From Chrysomallon squamiferum (Eukaryota > Animalia > Mollusca), in contig CM022671.1 of NCBI GenBank assembly GCA_012295275.1, positions 28,148,001 through 28,212,000 of the forward strand: a stretch of DNA of 64,000 nt, given 5' to 3'. How positions within the stretch are numbered: position 1 is the first letter of the stretch; each line of letters begins with the position of its first letter. Shown here piece after piece: positions 13,156 through 25,862 of this stretch. A program made the position numbers and the translations under genes. Below the pieces are notes generated by a model, which ran no database searches, was not told the origin of the DNA, and saw nothing but the letters and a program-made list of their open reading frames with translations.

Positions 13156-15221
13156 TCAGTCCTTGGAGAATAGTAGATGATTGTGGTGGTGCCTTTTCTA
13201 TGGGGGCTATTGGTGGGATGCTCTTTCATGGAGTCAAAGGCTTCAGAAATGCTCCAAGTGTAAGTAGTTTTATTTATTCTCATTGATCATCAGTAAGTGG
13301 AAATATTGAATTAACATGGATTCTTGGCAGATACTTTAAATTTTATTACATACAAACACTACTTTAAGTTGCAGTTACCAAGCAAGTGTAATTATTGTGT
13401 TTTATAGGTACAGTGTTATTATTATTATTAAATAATTTTTTATGCAAATCAGAATGCCAGTAAAAAGATACAATTTACAGGGGATTTATTTTCAAGCAAC
13501 ATTTTATATTATTTGAATTTTAGGCCAGTGTAAAGAAACTGTAATGATGCATATTTATATATATTTGCTGTATTTACTTAATTAAGAATAACACTGGATA
13601 TTGCTATTGATGCTAAATTATATTTTAGGGAAATTACAGAAGACTGATAGGAAGTTTCGTATCTTTAAAAGAAAGAGCTCCTATAACAGGAGGTAAGTGC
13701 TGCTACAAAATAATAAAATAATTTTCAGGAAATTTGCAATTTATTAAATTTCTGTTTCTAATAAATAAATATTTTTAGAAGGACTAATAGAGATTATTTG
13801 GAAATAGTTAAGCATAGTAGGGTTGCCAATGGCAGTGTATTTACATGTTAATACATTTGATTAAAACTATAAAAGTCCATTAGTTGTGTAGAATGTCTGT
13901 TTTATTTTGTTATGATACTATAAAATAGGATTATCACCAGATACTTTTTGACTGATCATTCCATAGTAAACATTTTAAGTTGACATTTTATCTGGGTATT
14001 TTCAGGAAATTTTGCTGTATGGGGTGGCTTATTCTCAGCAATTGATTGCTCCATGGTTTATATCAGGAAAAAGGAAGACCCTTGGAATTCAATAACAAGT
14101 GGGGCTCTGACTGGAGCTATTCTCTCTGTGAGAAGTATGTTTCAGTAAACAATTCCTTTGAATAGATGTGTGATGTATTTAGTATGTGTGTGTTGTTATA
14201 TTTCATAAAAAAAAATTCTTATAGATAATAACAGTTCTTTTATCATGGAATTCAGAATAATGATGATCTTACTTGGACCAAAAATAGATTAAAAATGAAA
14301 CGTATTTTAATTGAGTACTTTACAGATGAAAAGAACATTTGTGATTATTATTTTTTATTATAGATCTTTATAGTCAAAATAAAAGTCAAGAAATAAGAGT
14401 TTTGTATTGTAGGTCTTTTACATGGTATCTTCTAACAAAAGTACAAATTAGTCATTAAATTTAAGTTCATCGGTATGAAAGGATTTCAAGTATATTATCA
14501 CTGAACATCAAATAAACTGTTGAATTATGTGTATGATTATCCAAATAACGTTTAAACATTTTTATTGTTATTTTTTTTTTTTTGTTCTACAGATGGGACT
14601 GGTGCCATGATTGGCTCTGCTATTATTGGTAAGTGAAAATCAATCAGATTAACTTTGTTCAAGTTAACTTATCAGAAAAAAAGAATATTTGATCAGATAA
14701 ACAGATGTAGTTAATCTGACAAATGCTTCTGCAGTTATCTAATAATTAAATTTTGTTTTTCTAAGGTGGTGTCCTGCTTGCTTTGATAGAAGGCATGGGT
14801 ATCATGTTCACACGTTTCACAGCAGAACAATTTAACCCAGGTAATGTTTTCTTTCATTTGTATTGTAGTAATTGGCTAAATTGTCATCAGTGTTTTTATA
14901 ATTAACTTGTAAAGGTATACAGCATGGTAATTTTTAGTGGTGATTTGTACTAGAGCACATAATTTAAACAAAATTATAGTTAATTTTTCTGTTACTCACA
15001 AGTCAGATAAAAATACGGCAATATAAAAAGATTATTAAATTTTAATTTGTTCTTTCACATTCACAGTATTACTGACTGTGGATACAGTTTTGAATTATTT
15101 AACAGTAAATGGATGTTTCTGTTTTTCAGCCAATCGTATGGTGATGGATGACCCAAATCAACAGTCCGTTCCCCCTGTGCAGCAAAACAGCTTATTTGGT
15201 AGTTCACCACAGTATCAATAG
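12223..15221 (+). CDS. TIMM17: Mitochondrial import inner membrane translocase subunit Tim17, spliced
   Basis: Exons 12223-12248, 13160-13259, 13629-13692, 14006-14134, 14593-14628, 14766-14840, 15130-15221. Translation [28 protein letters not shown]...[40 protein letters not shown]...[10 protein letters not shown] is the Tim17 signature. Largely missed by the ORF track because the exons are short. Confidence 0.96.
13063..13155. repeat. Inverted (TAA)n/(TTA)n microsatellite
   Basis: About 17 TAA units followed directly by about 12 TTA units, ending just before the TIM17 exon 2 acceptor (AG 13158-13159). Confidence 0.9.
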
Positions 15222-17256
15222 CACAGATGTGTGAAGTATGTTTTTGTCTAGGAGTTTTTTGTGTATTTATTATACAGTTGTGTGTACACAGCAGATTGGA
15301 GTCTGCTGTAACTGTGTACACGTCCAATATATTTTGTCAAAGAACATCAAACCATTGATGGGATGGATATTACATATATATAATTAATTTTTTTTAAGTC
15401 AACTTGTGTAGTGTTAAACATAAGTTTAAAATATTTCAAAAAAAAAGAAGAAGAAACTTCTGTTGGTGTGTTGAAAAACTCCAGTGTTTTCAGTTTAGAG
15501 GTTGAGCAGACTGTGAGGATGTGTTTGTGTCATTACAGAGAATAGATACTTTTTGTGAAATACTTGAACATTTTGATTTATTGATCAGTTTGTAATAAAA
15601 CCCCCCAAAATGACATTGGTGTCCATGTTAGGTAAAAGTGTCGGGGGTTTTACCAGAATGCATGTTTTGTGTCCTAATTTGTGAAAAACAGTCGTCACCA
15701 ACATGTATTTAAGATATTTTTACATTTTGTCATGGTAACAAAGTCAAAGATGTTGTAGCAATGAGACATTTTATTTTTAAATGGGGAGTTAATTTTTTTT
15801 TTTAAATTGACAGAGATATTTGATACACTTTTATGTACATTTGTTACAAGTGCTGTGGTGACATTGTTAACCATTTTTACTGTGATAAATGATTTTCTGA
15901 ATAGCTGGGTGAAGATGTGAAATAATGTCCTTACAGTTGCTGCAACACAAGACTGATCAAGATATATTGTCAAAATATATTTGGCAGTTTTTTTTTAAAT
16001 TTTAGAAGTAATTTTAAAAGCCTAATAATAAAATACTAATACCAGAATGTGTTGATTCATAACTAATCATTTAATTAAAGGTTTCTACATAACTGGCCTT
16101 GATAGGTGTTTTAACTTCTTTTTAATCAAAATGCTTTGTATTCAGCAAATAATATTACCACGTTAATTTACTAATTTGTTCCCTTCTGTTACCATTTTGG
16201 AATTTATTACATATGAATAAAATAGCCACACTAGCCACAGTCACACTGTATGTAAACATTAACTGAATTACACTAACATGCTTGAGCATGATTTTGAAAT
16301 TATTTGATAACAGGCAAATATTTTTGGCTTCAGATGTTTTTCATGTGGTGGTGGCGGCATGTGGATATTTTAAATAATCATGTTTTGAAACTGTACCAAA
16401 CTAATGGGTGAAACCATTTGTTATCAAACTTCCAGTTGTAAAAACTTGCTCATAAAAACACTTGTTGGTTTAGAAGACATCATTATTTAGTTTTCATTAA
16501 TATTGGTATTGAAGCAGGCTGTGCTTGCATATGTGGCTGGTATGTGAAGTGAATTTTTTTTTAACTAAACATTCGCTGGCCAATGATAAAGAAAAGCTGA
16601 GGAATATAACAAATACGTATATTTTAAAATCTTTCCACAAATATCATATTTCTGAAAAATGTTTTCATTGCAAAAATGCATCAATTTTAGTTTTTGTTTT
16701 CTGCAGAGTTTGTATTATGTGTTTTGTTTTTTCAAAATTTTGTAAATAGTCATTAAAAATAAAGAAGAAAAAAGCTGGAATAAAAAAATCATGAATTTTT
16801 TCATTGTTAGTTTTGTTTTAGATTTTTAATGATTTCTGTGTTACTAAACTTTAATTACAATTTTATTGCTTGTTGCATCAAAGGCAAAGTAAATAGATAA
16901 CACGACTAGCTACCTCATTTTTGTACCCAATACTGTCATTTCCCTTCAAGATGCCTCAAACTTCAGGAAAGTAGCACTGCAATTTTTTTTTCATCCCTAA
17001 ACATGTATACAGTCATAGTATAGTATAGTTAATGAATATCACATCAGTTGATAGTTCAAAAGGAATTTTTTTTCTTTTAGATCAGAATATTTTCATCATT
17101 TAACAGAATGCTTATTTATTTTGAACAGTTCCAAGCTTGTTTACAATCTTACTTCTGCACTGTCATCTTTATCCTTCCTAATTTTTGGGAATAGCTTTTA
17201 TTATCCTTTCCATATGTACATTAAATTTAATGTTTTTGAACATTTGAATGAAATCT

Positions 17257-20200
17257 TCATTTCCTTTCATACATAAAACTTCTTGATGGATCTGTAGGGA
17301 ACACTTTCTGGCACTGGGTCATCAGTCTCTTCAGACCCTGATATAAAACAAAAACAATAAATTATTTGTACTCTATTAACTTGTTTATATAGTTCAAACT
17401 GGTTTTACAAGTAAATTGTACATAATTTTAAAAATATGTTTAATACTGGACAGAACTTTAAATTGAAATGCTGATTTATTTCAAAATAAATGAATTTTTT
17501 AAATGCAAACTTAAAAAAAAAAAACAGTTGCTGATTATGAAGAATATACTGCAGAAAACTGTCAGATACATGACTGATTGTTTTTCAGAAGACTTTAACA
17601 AACCTGAATGTATTTTCTCTGTGTTTCATCATTGAGCACATGGGCTACGTATCTTGAAGAAATCTTCTCACGACCAGTACGGGCGTGTATTCCAACCATG
17701 GTAACACCAATTGGCCAAGGAGCATTGCCAATAGCCATTTCCAGATAAGCATCATTAGCCTGCAACAAATATGAATTTTTGAAGTTAATTTTTTTATTGC
17801 AAAGTATTTTGTATTTTAAAACAGTGTTCAAATAAGGTTTAAGAGTAATATAGCTATAACCATACATAAAACAATCTAAAACCACAATGTCAGTTGTGTG
17901 TCACTTGACAAATATTAATTCATTCCAAACCATGCCATTTGGATATAAAAAAAAAATCTAAATAATCATATTAACCTTCAAGTAATTTCGATCCATCAAG
18001 TGTTGTACAATCAGAACCAAACTCTCCAAAATGTCTTCATCAACATTCTGAAAAGCACAAAAAAAATCTAATTTCAAACACATCAAAATTAAATTGTGCA
18101 ACTAAAATATGGAATTCTGTAGCAATTATAAAAACTTATTAATTTTAATATGCATTAAACTTAGAATTAAAATTTAAAAAAAAAAAATTAAATGTGAATA
18201 AAACTTGTAAACATATTACCTGGACAAAATAGTATAAACAATAGTTCACGTGTTTAATTACAACTGCAATACTTAGTTTCCACACTATTGTAATGGTATA
18301 TTCATATTTTAATAGTAACGTTATATAAATTTTAAAAAAAACTGAACAAAAAGAATAATTTAAATAAAAATCTAAGTACCTTGTTTTTGAGCTTTCTGAA
18401 CAGAGGTTTAAGGTAGCTGACAGTCTGTGTGTGATGTGCACTCTGTGTTTTACCTTTTGTTGTACGTTTTTCTTCTTCTGGTCTTTCATTCAGTGCTTTT
18501 CCCCACCTTTTTATAACATACTACAAAACAACAAAATAATAGAGTAAAATGCACTTAGTTAATTCTTAAATATCAGTTTCTTTTCATAAATTTATACTTG
18601 AAGCAGAAGAGGCTACTATTTTGTGCATATTATATGTTATTGTTATAGCCTACAAGTCTTAGGCCTAAAATAAACAAAACACAAACTGTTTGTAATAATG
18701 TCATAATAAAAATAATAATTACCTTAAAGAAACTTAGCATAATTTCCTGATCACGACCTGGATCGCCTGCTCCAAGTTCTTTTCTCATTTGCTGTTTTTA
18801 AAAAAAATTAAAAATACCCGTCAGTACATATTCAAGATTTCGTACGTAAGTGTTTAATATATAGACGTTGTGAATTTAATGCATTTTTGACATATCACAA
18901 TTTTAAAAAAATGTTTGGTATATCAAACAGCGTAAGGATCTCAACTTAAAACAATTATATCAAATGCCAATATGGTGGTTTGAAATGTAATTACTGCATT
19001 GCCCAAATTTCACATTAGTTTAAAATAACTATTATTTTTTCCCTTATTAAAAGCTAGCGTGTGCCAGTTATTATTTACTTTTTTAAATTCTTCTACAATG
19101 TTACTTGAATAATACAAACATATAGATTTTCTTCTCAATTACTATTTTCTGAACATACCGGTATATCTTCCACTCTTGTACCATCATCTTTTATAGACAC
19201 ATCATTGGAAATTATCTGTTCTCCAGCTGACTTTATAATCTCATTCAGATACTGAAGATCTACCTGGTCCATGGCATCTTTGAAATCATTTCCACCACGA
19301 AGTGCCTACAAAGCAAGAACAATGTTTGACACAATGACATAAAATTACAAACACAGTTAAATGAGATGCATTTTACTATTTGTATACTACTCTTTTTTTC
19401 ATTTCTTTTTCAATTTCAATAAGATAAAATCTAATTAAGTTAAATTACAGAGCAAAATGAAAATAAAAGAAAATAACAGTTTTCATCCAATTAAAAAAAA
19501 CACCTATTCCTGCTACGTTTAAATCCAAAATAACTGTTAATAAAAACCAGTGAATGATATAAAATAAAGAAAGGTTTTTTGAATATTATAATATAATGTT
19601 TCCTCTATGCAGGAATATCCTGCCCTTGAGACCTAAATTCTCAAATCTGTCTATAATTATTGATGTCTGCAGGCATCAGTTTGTTCAGCAAATGACACTA
19701 TTTACTCATGAAAAAGAGACCATGTCAATTCTGCCCTTTTGAAGATATGAAAAAATGCCCCTTTTTCTACCTGTGCCTTGCCCTTTTTTCATTCTGGAGG
19801 AAACACAATAATATGATTATCATTACCCTCTGATCAGGTTCCTGAGTTTCAAGTTTTTTCAGTCGAAGATAACTATCAGCATCACTTTCACCAAACAGTC
19901 TGATAGGCTCCCCTCGTTCCCTTAACCGGCGTATCACCTGAAAGAGTTTTTAAATTATATTTAAAAGTTGAAAGAAAATGGAAATTTAAGCATAACTAAA
20001 AATGACAATATGACCACTGAATGATTATTAATTAATTGCAAAAATAAATTCAAGACATTTTAAAGATTTATTTTTTGTCTAAAGAAATGCGATTTCCTTT
20101 CAGTTTACATGAAGTATTATGAAAATTATAGATATTTCTACAAAGTGTTTTGGTGTATATATATAAGTTTTTTAAAAATGTACAGCTACACTGAAGTTTT

Positions 20201-21463
20201 TAAAGTTCCAACTAAAAACATGATGCTGTACATTTATAATTGACCATACCATTTAAAAAATTTTTATAACACAGTACTTCAGAATTTATACTTAATATGC
20301 AATTAAAATTTAGAATAATATGATAATAAAAAGCATGGATCTCCATCCTAAGAAAATTTAGCACCCACATCTTTTCTTGGAAGTAATTCTATTTTCTTTT
20401 CTTCAATCCTCTTAGCTTCTGTATCATTTTCTTTTGATTCCTGAAAAAAAAAAAGTATTGTATATTTTTAAACTCTTTATAAACAAAACAAACTATATAT
20501 ACTGAATATAAAGATTTTAGGAATGCCATCTATCCCATTTATTTGACATACATAGGAAATCACTGACACTTTAGATTCAAATAGCTATAATGGCTGTAAA
20601 CCAATTATTTTTCTTGGCATTTTAAACTGAAATGAAAGTAACTGGATTTGTTTTGCATTTTAAATAATGGGAGAATTTGGTGAAGATAATATAGAGTATA
20701 AAAATGTTCATTTTTAATGAAACAAATATCAAACAAAGGCTTCACATCGCTGGTGGCAATGTTACCATGCACTGATCAATTTTGTGAAGATATTATTACC
20801 GTTATTTCTACAATCTCTTCTGGTTCACTTCTGTGCCTTTTCCAATACTCTTCTTCTTGTTTGGCAGCTAAGTCACTTCTTTTAAAATACTTCTTATTTG
20901 GTAGCTTTGTAATAAATAAAATACTCCTATAAATCATTATTAAATGTTATATAATGACTGTTTTACATATACGATTTAAAGAGTTATAAAAATAACTGAG
21001 CTATTTCGGTTGTCTGACCATTTTAATATTTGTCTATATACTATTTTATTTAATAATAATAACACAGTACTTCATTCATTCTTAGTCTAATTATCATCAT
21101 CGTAACTCATTAACTGTTAACAATGTTATATTGCTGAATACTGGTCATTTGGTTATTCAGCTTATTCATTTTATTGTATCATTATCAACTATCAAGTAAT
21201 TCAACTAACTGAAGAGTGAAGTATTACTGTTAATAAGTATTAACTACAGACTATAGACTATAGTGAATAGTCTATAGACGTATAGTTACTATTAGTATTA
21301 TGATGATCAGATGAGATCTGAGTCATGGATCAAGATTATGTATTTCACGTATAAATTATAGTTAATAGCATATAAAGACCGAAAAGAACAAATAACTTAC
21401 CATAACATTGCTATCTTTCAACTGTCGCTTTTTTCTTTCTATTTCTGCTTTTAAAATGTCCAT
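17257..21463 (-). CDS. PRPF18: Pre-mRNA-splicing factor 18, spliced
   Basis: Ten exons, approx. 21401-21463, 20800-20904, 20369-20440, 19828-19937, 19160-19305, 18723-18791, 18380-18520, 17976-18047, 17624-17759, 17257-17337. N-terminus [18 protein letters not shown]4-like motif [17 protein letters not shown], and the invariant Prp18 loop [33 protein letters not shown]...[17 protein letters not shown]. Confidence 0.96.
19597..19805. mobile_element. Degenerate short non-autonomous DNA transposon (MITE-like) in PRP18 intron
   Basis: Terminal inverted repeats TGTTTCCTC...GAGGAAACA enclose about 200 bp that is more GC-rich than the intron and has repeated TGCCC(T)TTT motifs. No target-site duplication confirmed. 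Confidence 0.4.
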
Positions 21464-21813
21464 TGCTCCGCACTTCAACGCTGTTTACTTCATTGCACTG
21501 GTTTTTGAAAGCTCAATACGGTATTAGTCATTCACAGCACTAATATGCAAATGACCAGCGGACAGTCAATGAAGAGTAGACAATTATTAAGAAATGTGTA
21601 TTTATGTAATTTCATTCACGATAATTATCGTTAACATTAAACAAAACATTTCCGTAATTACTTTTGAAAGTTAAAGTTGGACAGATATGTTGTTATTTCG
21701 ATAAGAATAACGGGGTGCCATGATAATGGCTAATGCTTTTAGATATGATTTTTGGTTGGAGAAGTAAAACCTTACGTGTAATTAACAACAGCTTTTCAAT
21801 AATGTTAAAATAA

Positions 21814-21864
<51 letters not shown>

Positions 21865-22195
21865 TGAATAAATAAACCGAGAGGAGATGACTGTAAGATC
21901 AAGCATGGACAATACGAAAAGAGTTTAGACGTAGGCTAATCAAGTTGTTAATGAAAGGTTTTGTTTTCTAGTTGCTGACAATAATCGCAGAAGGCTGATA
22001 TGAACGAGATGTCAAAACAGTTGCAAAATTAAATGTTTTATATTTAATTTAATAATAAACAGAACATTTTTAATAACCGTTGTAAGGGCCTTGCCAGTAA
22101 GGTTTATTTCTGTTGGAGTATTATTATTATTATTATCTTCTCTCTATATACGCTAACATTATTTATTCACCGAAGTTGATGGTACCACACTATAA
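21464..22195. promoter_or_regulatory. Head-to-head (bidirectional) intergenic region PRP18 / EEP gene
   Basis: Start codons at 21463 (-) and 22196 (+) are about 730 bp apart. The region contains a (TAA)n tract at 21815-21863. Confidence 0.55.
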
Positions 22196-22511
22196 ATGGA
22201 TCTTATCATATGTTTATTATATGTGTTAATTATACCACCCCGATCGTGGACTCATGACGTAATCATCAGTACATACAACATATGGAATATTATGTTCAAC
22301 TGGGAATCGAGGAAATACCGGATTGCTGATATGGTAGCGTTTTTATATTTACTTTTTAAAGGGAATTGGAATCAATTATCTTAAGCAGACAAATGCTTCC
22401 AAAAAAGAAATTTAATGTAAAAATAATTCAGTTAAGATACGATGGTTCTACCGCATCAAAATAATTAAATTAAGATACTATGCCCCCACCCCCAAAAGGG
22501 AGATAACTACA

Positions 22512-22573
<62 letters not shown>

Positions 22574-25310
22574 GCACGCACACACACACACAAGGCTTTT
22601 GGTGTAATTAGAATTATGTAATACAGAGTTGACTTTTAAAGTAAGAATCAAGCAGTCTCTTGCATTTTGCACACACCATGGCTTTTTATACACTAACTGT
22701 AGGTCACTAGCTAGAACAAGAAACTGACCAATGAAAACACAGAGAAGGATTGATCCTGAAGCCAGTTATTTTAGTCAGGTGCTGTGCTTTCAGACTATAA
22801 CTCACTTTGTTCATCAGTTCTAAGCTTAAATACATCTTTATACATATCCCAATAATAATTTTGATCAAAGAAATATCTTGGCCTAATGGAAAGTTTGAAA
22901 CTGCAAACATTTTATAACTGAAAAAGTGGATGAAAAATTCATTGCATCATTTACATTTCAGATTCAAGAAACTAAATCAGATATCATAGCCATTCAGGAA
23001 GTTAGAATAAACAACAACAGAAAAGATTCCCAGATATCAGAACTGCAGAAATTGCTACCAGATTACAAATGGTCGGTTTACAAACCAGCAGACGTGATCT
23101 CAAAAACACTGGACCCTGCAATATCACCATGGGACAGAGAAGGTAGAATTGCAATTTATATTTTATGGTTATGTTTATTATATTTTTAAATTATTATTAC
23201 TGTTACATATTTATTTATTTCTCTTGATATCATTAATTAAATTGCAGATGCCAATCTCAAAATTGATTTTTACTGCTTTTAAAAGCAATTTCAACGTTCT
23301 TATAATTTTTGAAGTTTTGTAATTAAACATTATTTGAATGTTTTATAATTTATTATTACATCATAAATGTTTACCTTGTCTTTCACACACAAACACACAC
23401 ACACACACACACACAAAATCACAAACACATTTATATATATATATATATATATTTCTCTTTTTTCTGCAGGTGTTGGTGTGTTGAGTAAAAAACCTATTGT
23501 GAACTCATTCGTCCAGTATCTTGCTCCTCTTAATGGACCAGACACCAATAAACGAATTGCACTTCATGTTTCCCTTGATTTAGATGGACATTTAATTAAC
23601 ATAATAGTTTTACACATGTCGTACGACAGAGAGAGTCAGTGTAAACATGCAGCAGAAATCTACCAGTATATAACTTGTAAGTTTGGCTTTGCAAAATATT
23701 CATAAAAGAGTAACATGGAAATATATAAAATATGTTTAAACTGTCTCTATTTTTCACCAAAGGTACACTTTAATGTCGTTATAAAACATTTGGATAATGT
23801 CTATGATCTTTATGAATATACATATCTCTATCATATTATATAATATTATATTTTATAAGAAAAATATTACGTTATTCACTATACTGTATTTACAAATGCA
23901 AGAAAAATCTTTACATTTTTATTTTATTTATTTATTTATTTTGCAGCAAAGAAACTGAGTGATGTGATTATTCTGGGAGACATGAATATTTACAATGATT
24001 ATCCCTGGCCAGTAAGAATTTTCACCAGGAGTGAAATTAAGAGGAGTAGTCGTTGTTTTCCATTTGTTCAGAGATTCAGGAAGACAAAATTGACTATTTT
24101 TTATGATACTTGGCAGAATGAGAATAAAAGCAACATGGGACTCACATTTAGTAATATGGTAAGAAATGCCTTTTTTATATATATATATTTTTTTTCTTTA
24201 GTTAAGATTATCTCATTTTAAAAATGTCTAAAATTGCTTGCTTCGTGCATATTGTTGAATTTAATATTCATTTTGTGTAATTAATATCATTTTTATTCAT
24301 TTCACTACACAGATTGGATGGGATTAATATATATGTATTCTTTCAGGATACTTTTAACTTTGTAACTTTTAAGTATATAAATTCTAGTTAAATTCTATTA
24401 AAAAAATGAATGAAGTATTTAAAAATCAAACGGTTTTTAAATTAAGTTGTACTTTTTTCATTTTAATTTTTCATTTTAAATTCAGTTAAATGTATCAACA
24501 GTGGTGTTACATAAAAACAAAACATTCAAGCAGTTTTACTGTTTTACTAAAAATAAAATACCATACTATTCATTTAGCAAAAGTCTGATTTATATTTTTT
24601 TTTTTCAGCCTATTCCAGGACTGGAGAGTCGACCTGACAGGATTCTGGTTTCATATTCGTTCAAAACTATCAAAAGAACTCTTACTGGAAATGGAACAGT
24701 GTACAAAGAAAAATATTCAAGGACCATACAGATTAACAGAATAATGTCAGTAATGAGAAATTCTTTTTTCGTTTTCAGACAAAAATCAGGATATTCGTGT
24801 TTACACGACTGCGGTCCAAGGGGATCCTGTCGATGTGGGGTTTGTGTTGGAGGTCATTTAAATGGCTGTGAACTTCCCACTTGTAAAGAATGTGACCTCA
24901 CAGTATTCTGGAGGATTGTTTTATTTGCTGTTTTGTTTATAATGATGGCAGTGCTGACTCTGTATTCTGCACTTCAGGTGTTGATAATTTCAGCCAAATT
25001 TGACACAGAAATTCTGTTTTCCATCATGGGTTTCAAGTGTTGCCTTTTCAATCCTAAACTTTACATGTGCAAAAGAAATCAATTTAGGCTGTCCAGATAT
25101 TGCAAGATTTTCCGTTTTTTCAGTGTCCCTCCCATGTTTCTGTTTTTTGTTTCTGTGTACTCTTTATTTATTTTGTGTTTTGTAAGTGAGAAAGTATTTG
25201 CTGAAATGTTTGTGACTGTTAATGGAATTATGGAAGAAGAATTTTTCCCATCTGATCATCTGATGTATACTGTCCATCTTAGACTGAATCCAAAATACAT
25301 ATTGGAATGA
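22196..25310 (+). CDS. Uncharacterised endonuclease/exonuclease/phosphatase (EEP, DNase I-like fold) protein with signal peptide, Cys-rich motif and transmembrane segments
   Basis: Exons 22196-22333, 22962-23142, 23470-23676, 23947-24158, 24609-25310. EEP motifs appear in canonical order: TYNIWN, DIIAIQEV, GVGVLSKKP, LHMS, ILGDMN, PDRILV, PSDH. The N-terminus MDLIICLLYVLIIP is hydrophobic. Confidence 0.85.
22515..22591. repeat. Compound (CT)n(CA)n microsatellite
   Basis: Direct reading of the sequence. Confidence 0.95.
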
Positions 25311-25862
25311 ATTTATTTAGAAATCTACAGCAAAGTATTTTTGTGTCATATGTTAACAGACCAGAATTTTTAAAAATTATATATAGTTTTACTAGATGTA
25401 TGGTGAATGGCATGTGAGATTGGTTGTCTGGCTAGCAATGGTCTATCACTGGATGAACACTTTTTGACAGAATAATTTTTATTTTTATTTTTAAAAACGA
25501 CTGTTGTTGATTTTATTTTAAAAAAAAAGAAAAATAATAATAAAATAAATAAATATAAAGGCTTATAAATGAATCTTACCTAATGTTTATATGTTTATAT
25601 AGATTAAAGTTTACATTTCTCCCTGAAATGTTGCAGTGTTAAAAAAAAAACAATACAAGAAAATGCAATTTTATGAGAAATTGTTTTTTTTTTTTTTTTT
25701 TTAAACATATTTTTAGAAAAATAAAACAACAATGGAAATTAAAAATCTAAATCTGGTTAAAATTATTATAAAAATCTTAAAGCTAGGTTAGAGTATATGT
25801 TATCATTGTCGTCAGAACTGATGGGAACTACCTATGATTTATATTGCTATATTTCAAAACCA

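Noticed and set aside
14259-14350. Box C motif ATGATGA in a TIM17 intron
   Set aside because: No downstream CTGA with a terminal stem at a suitable distance.
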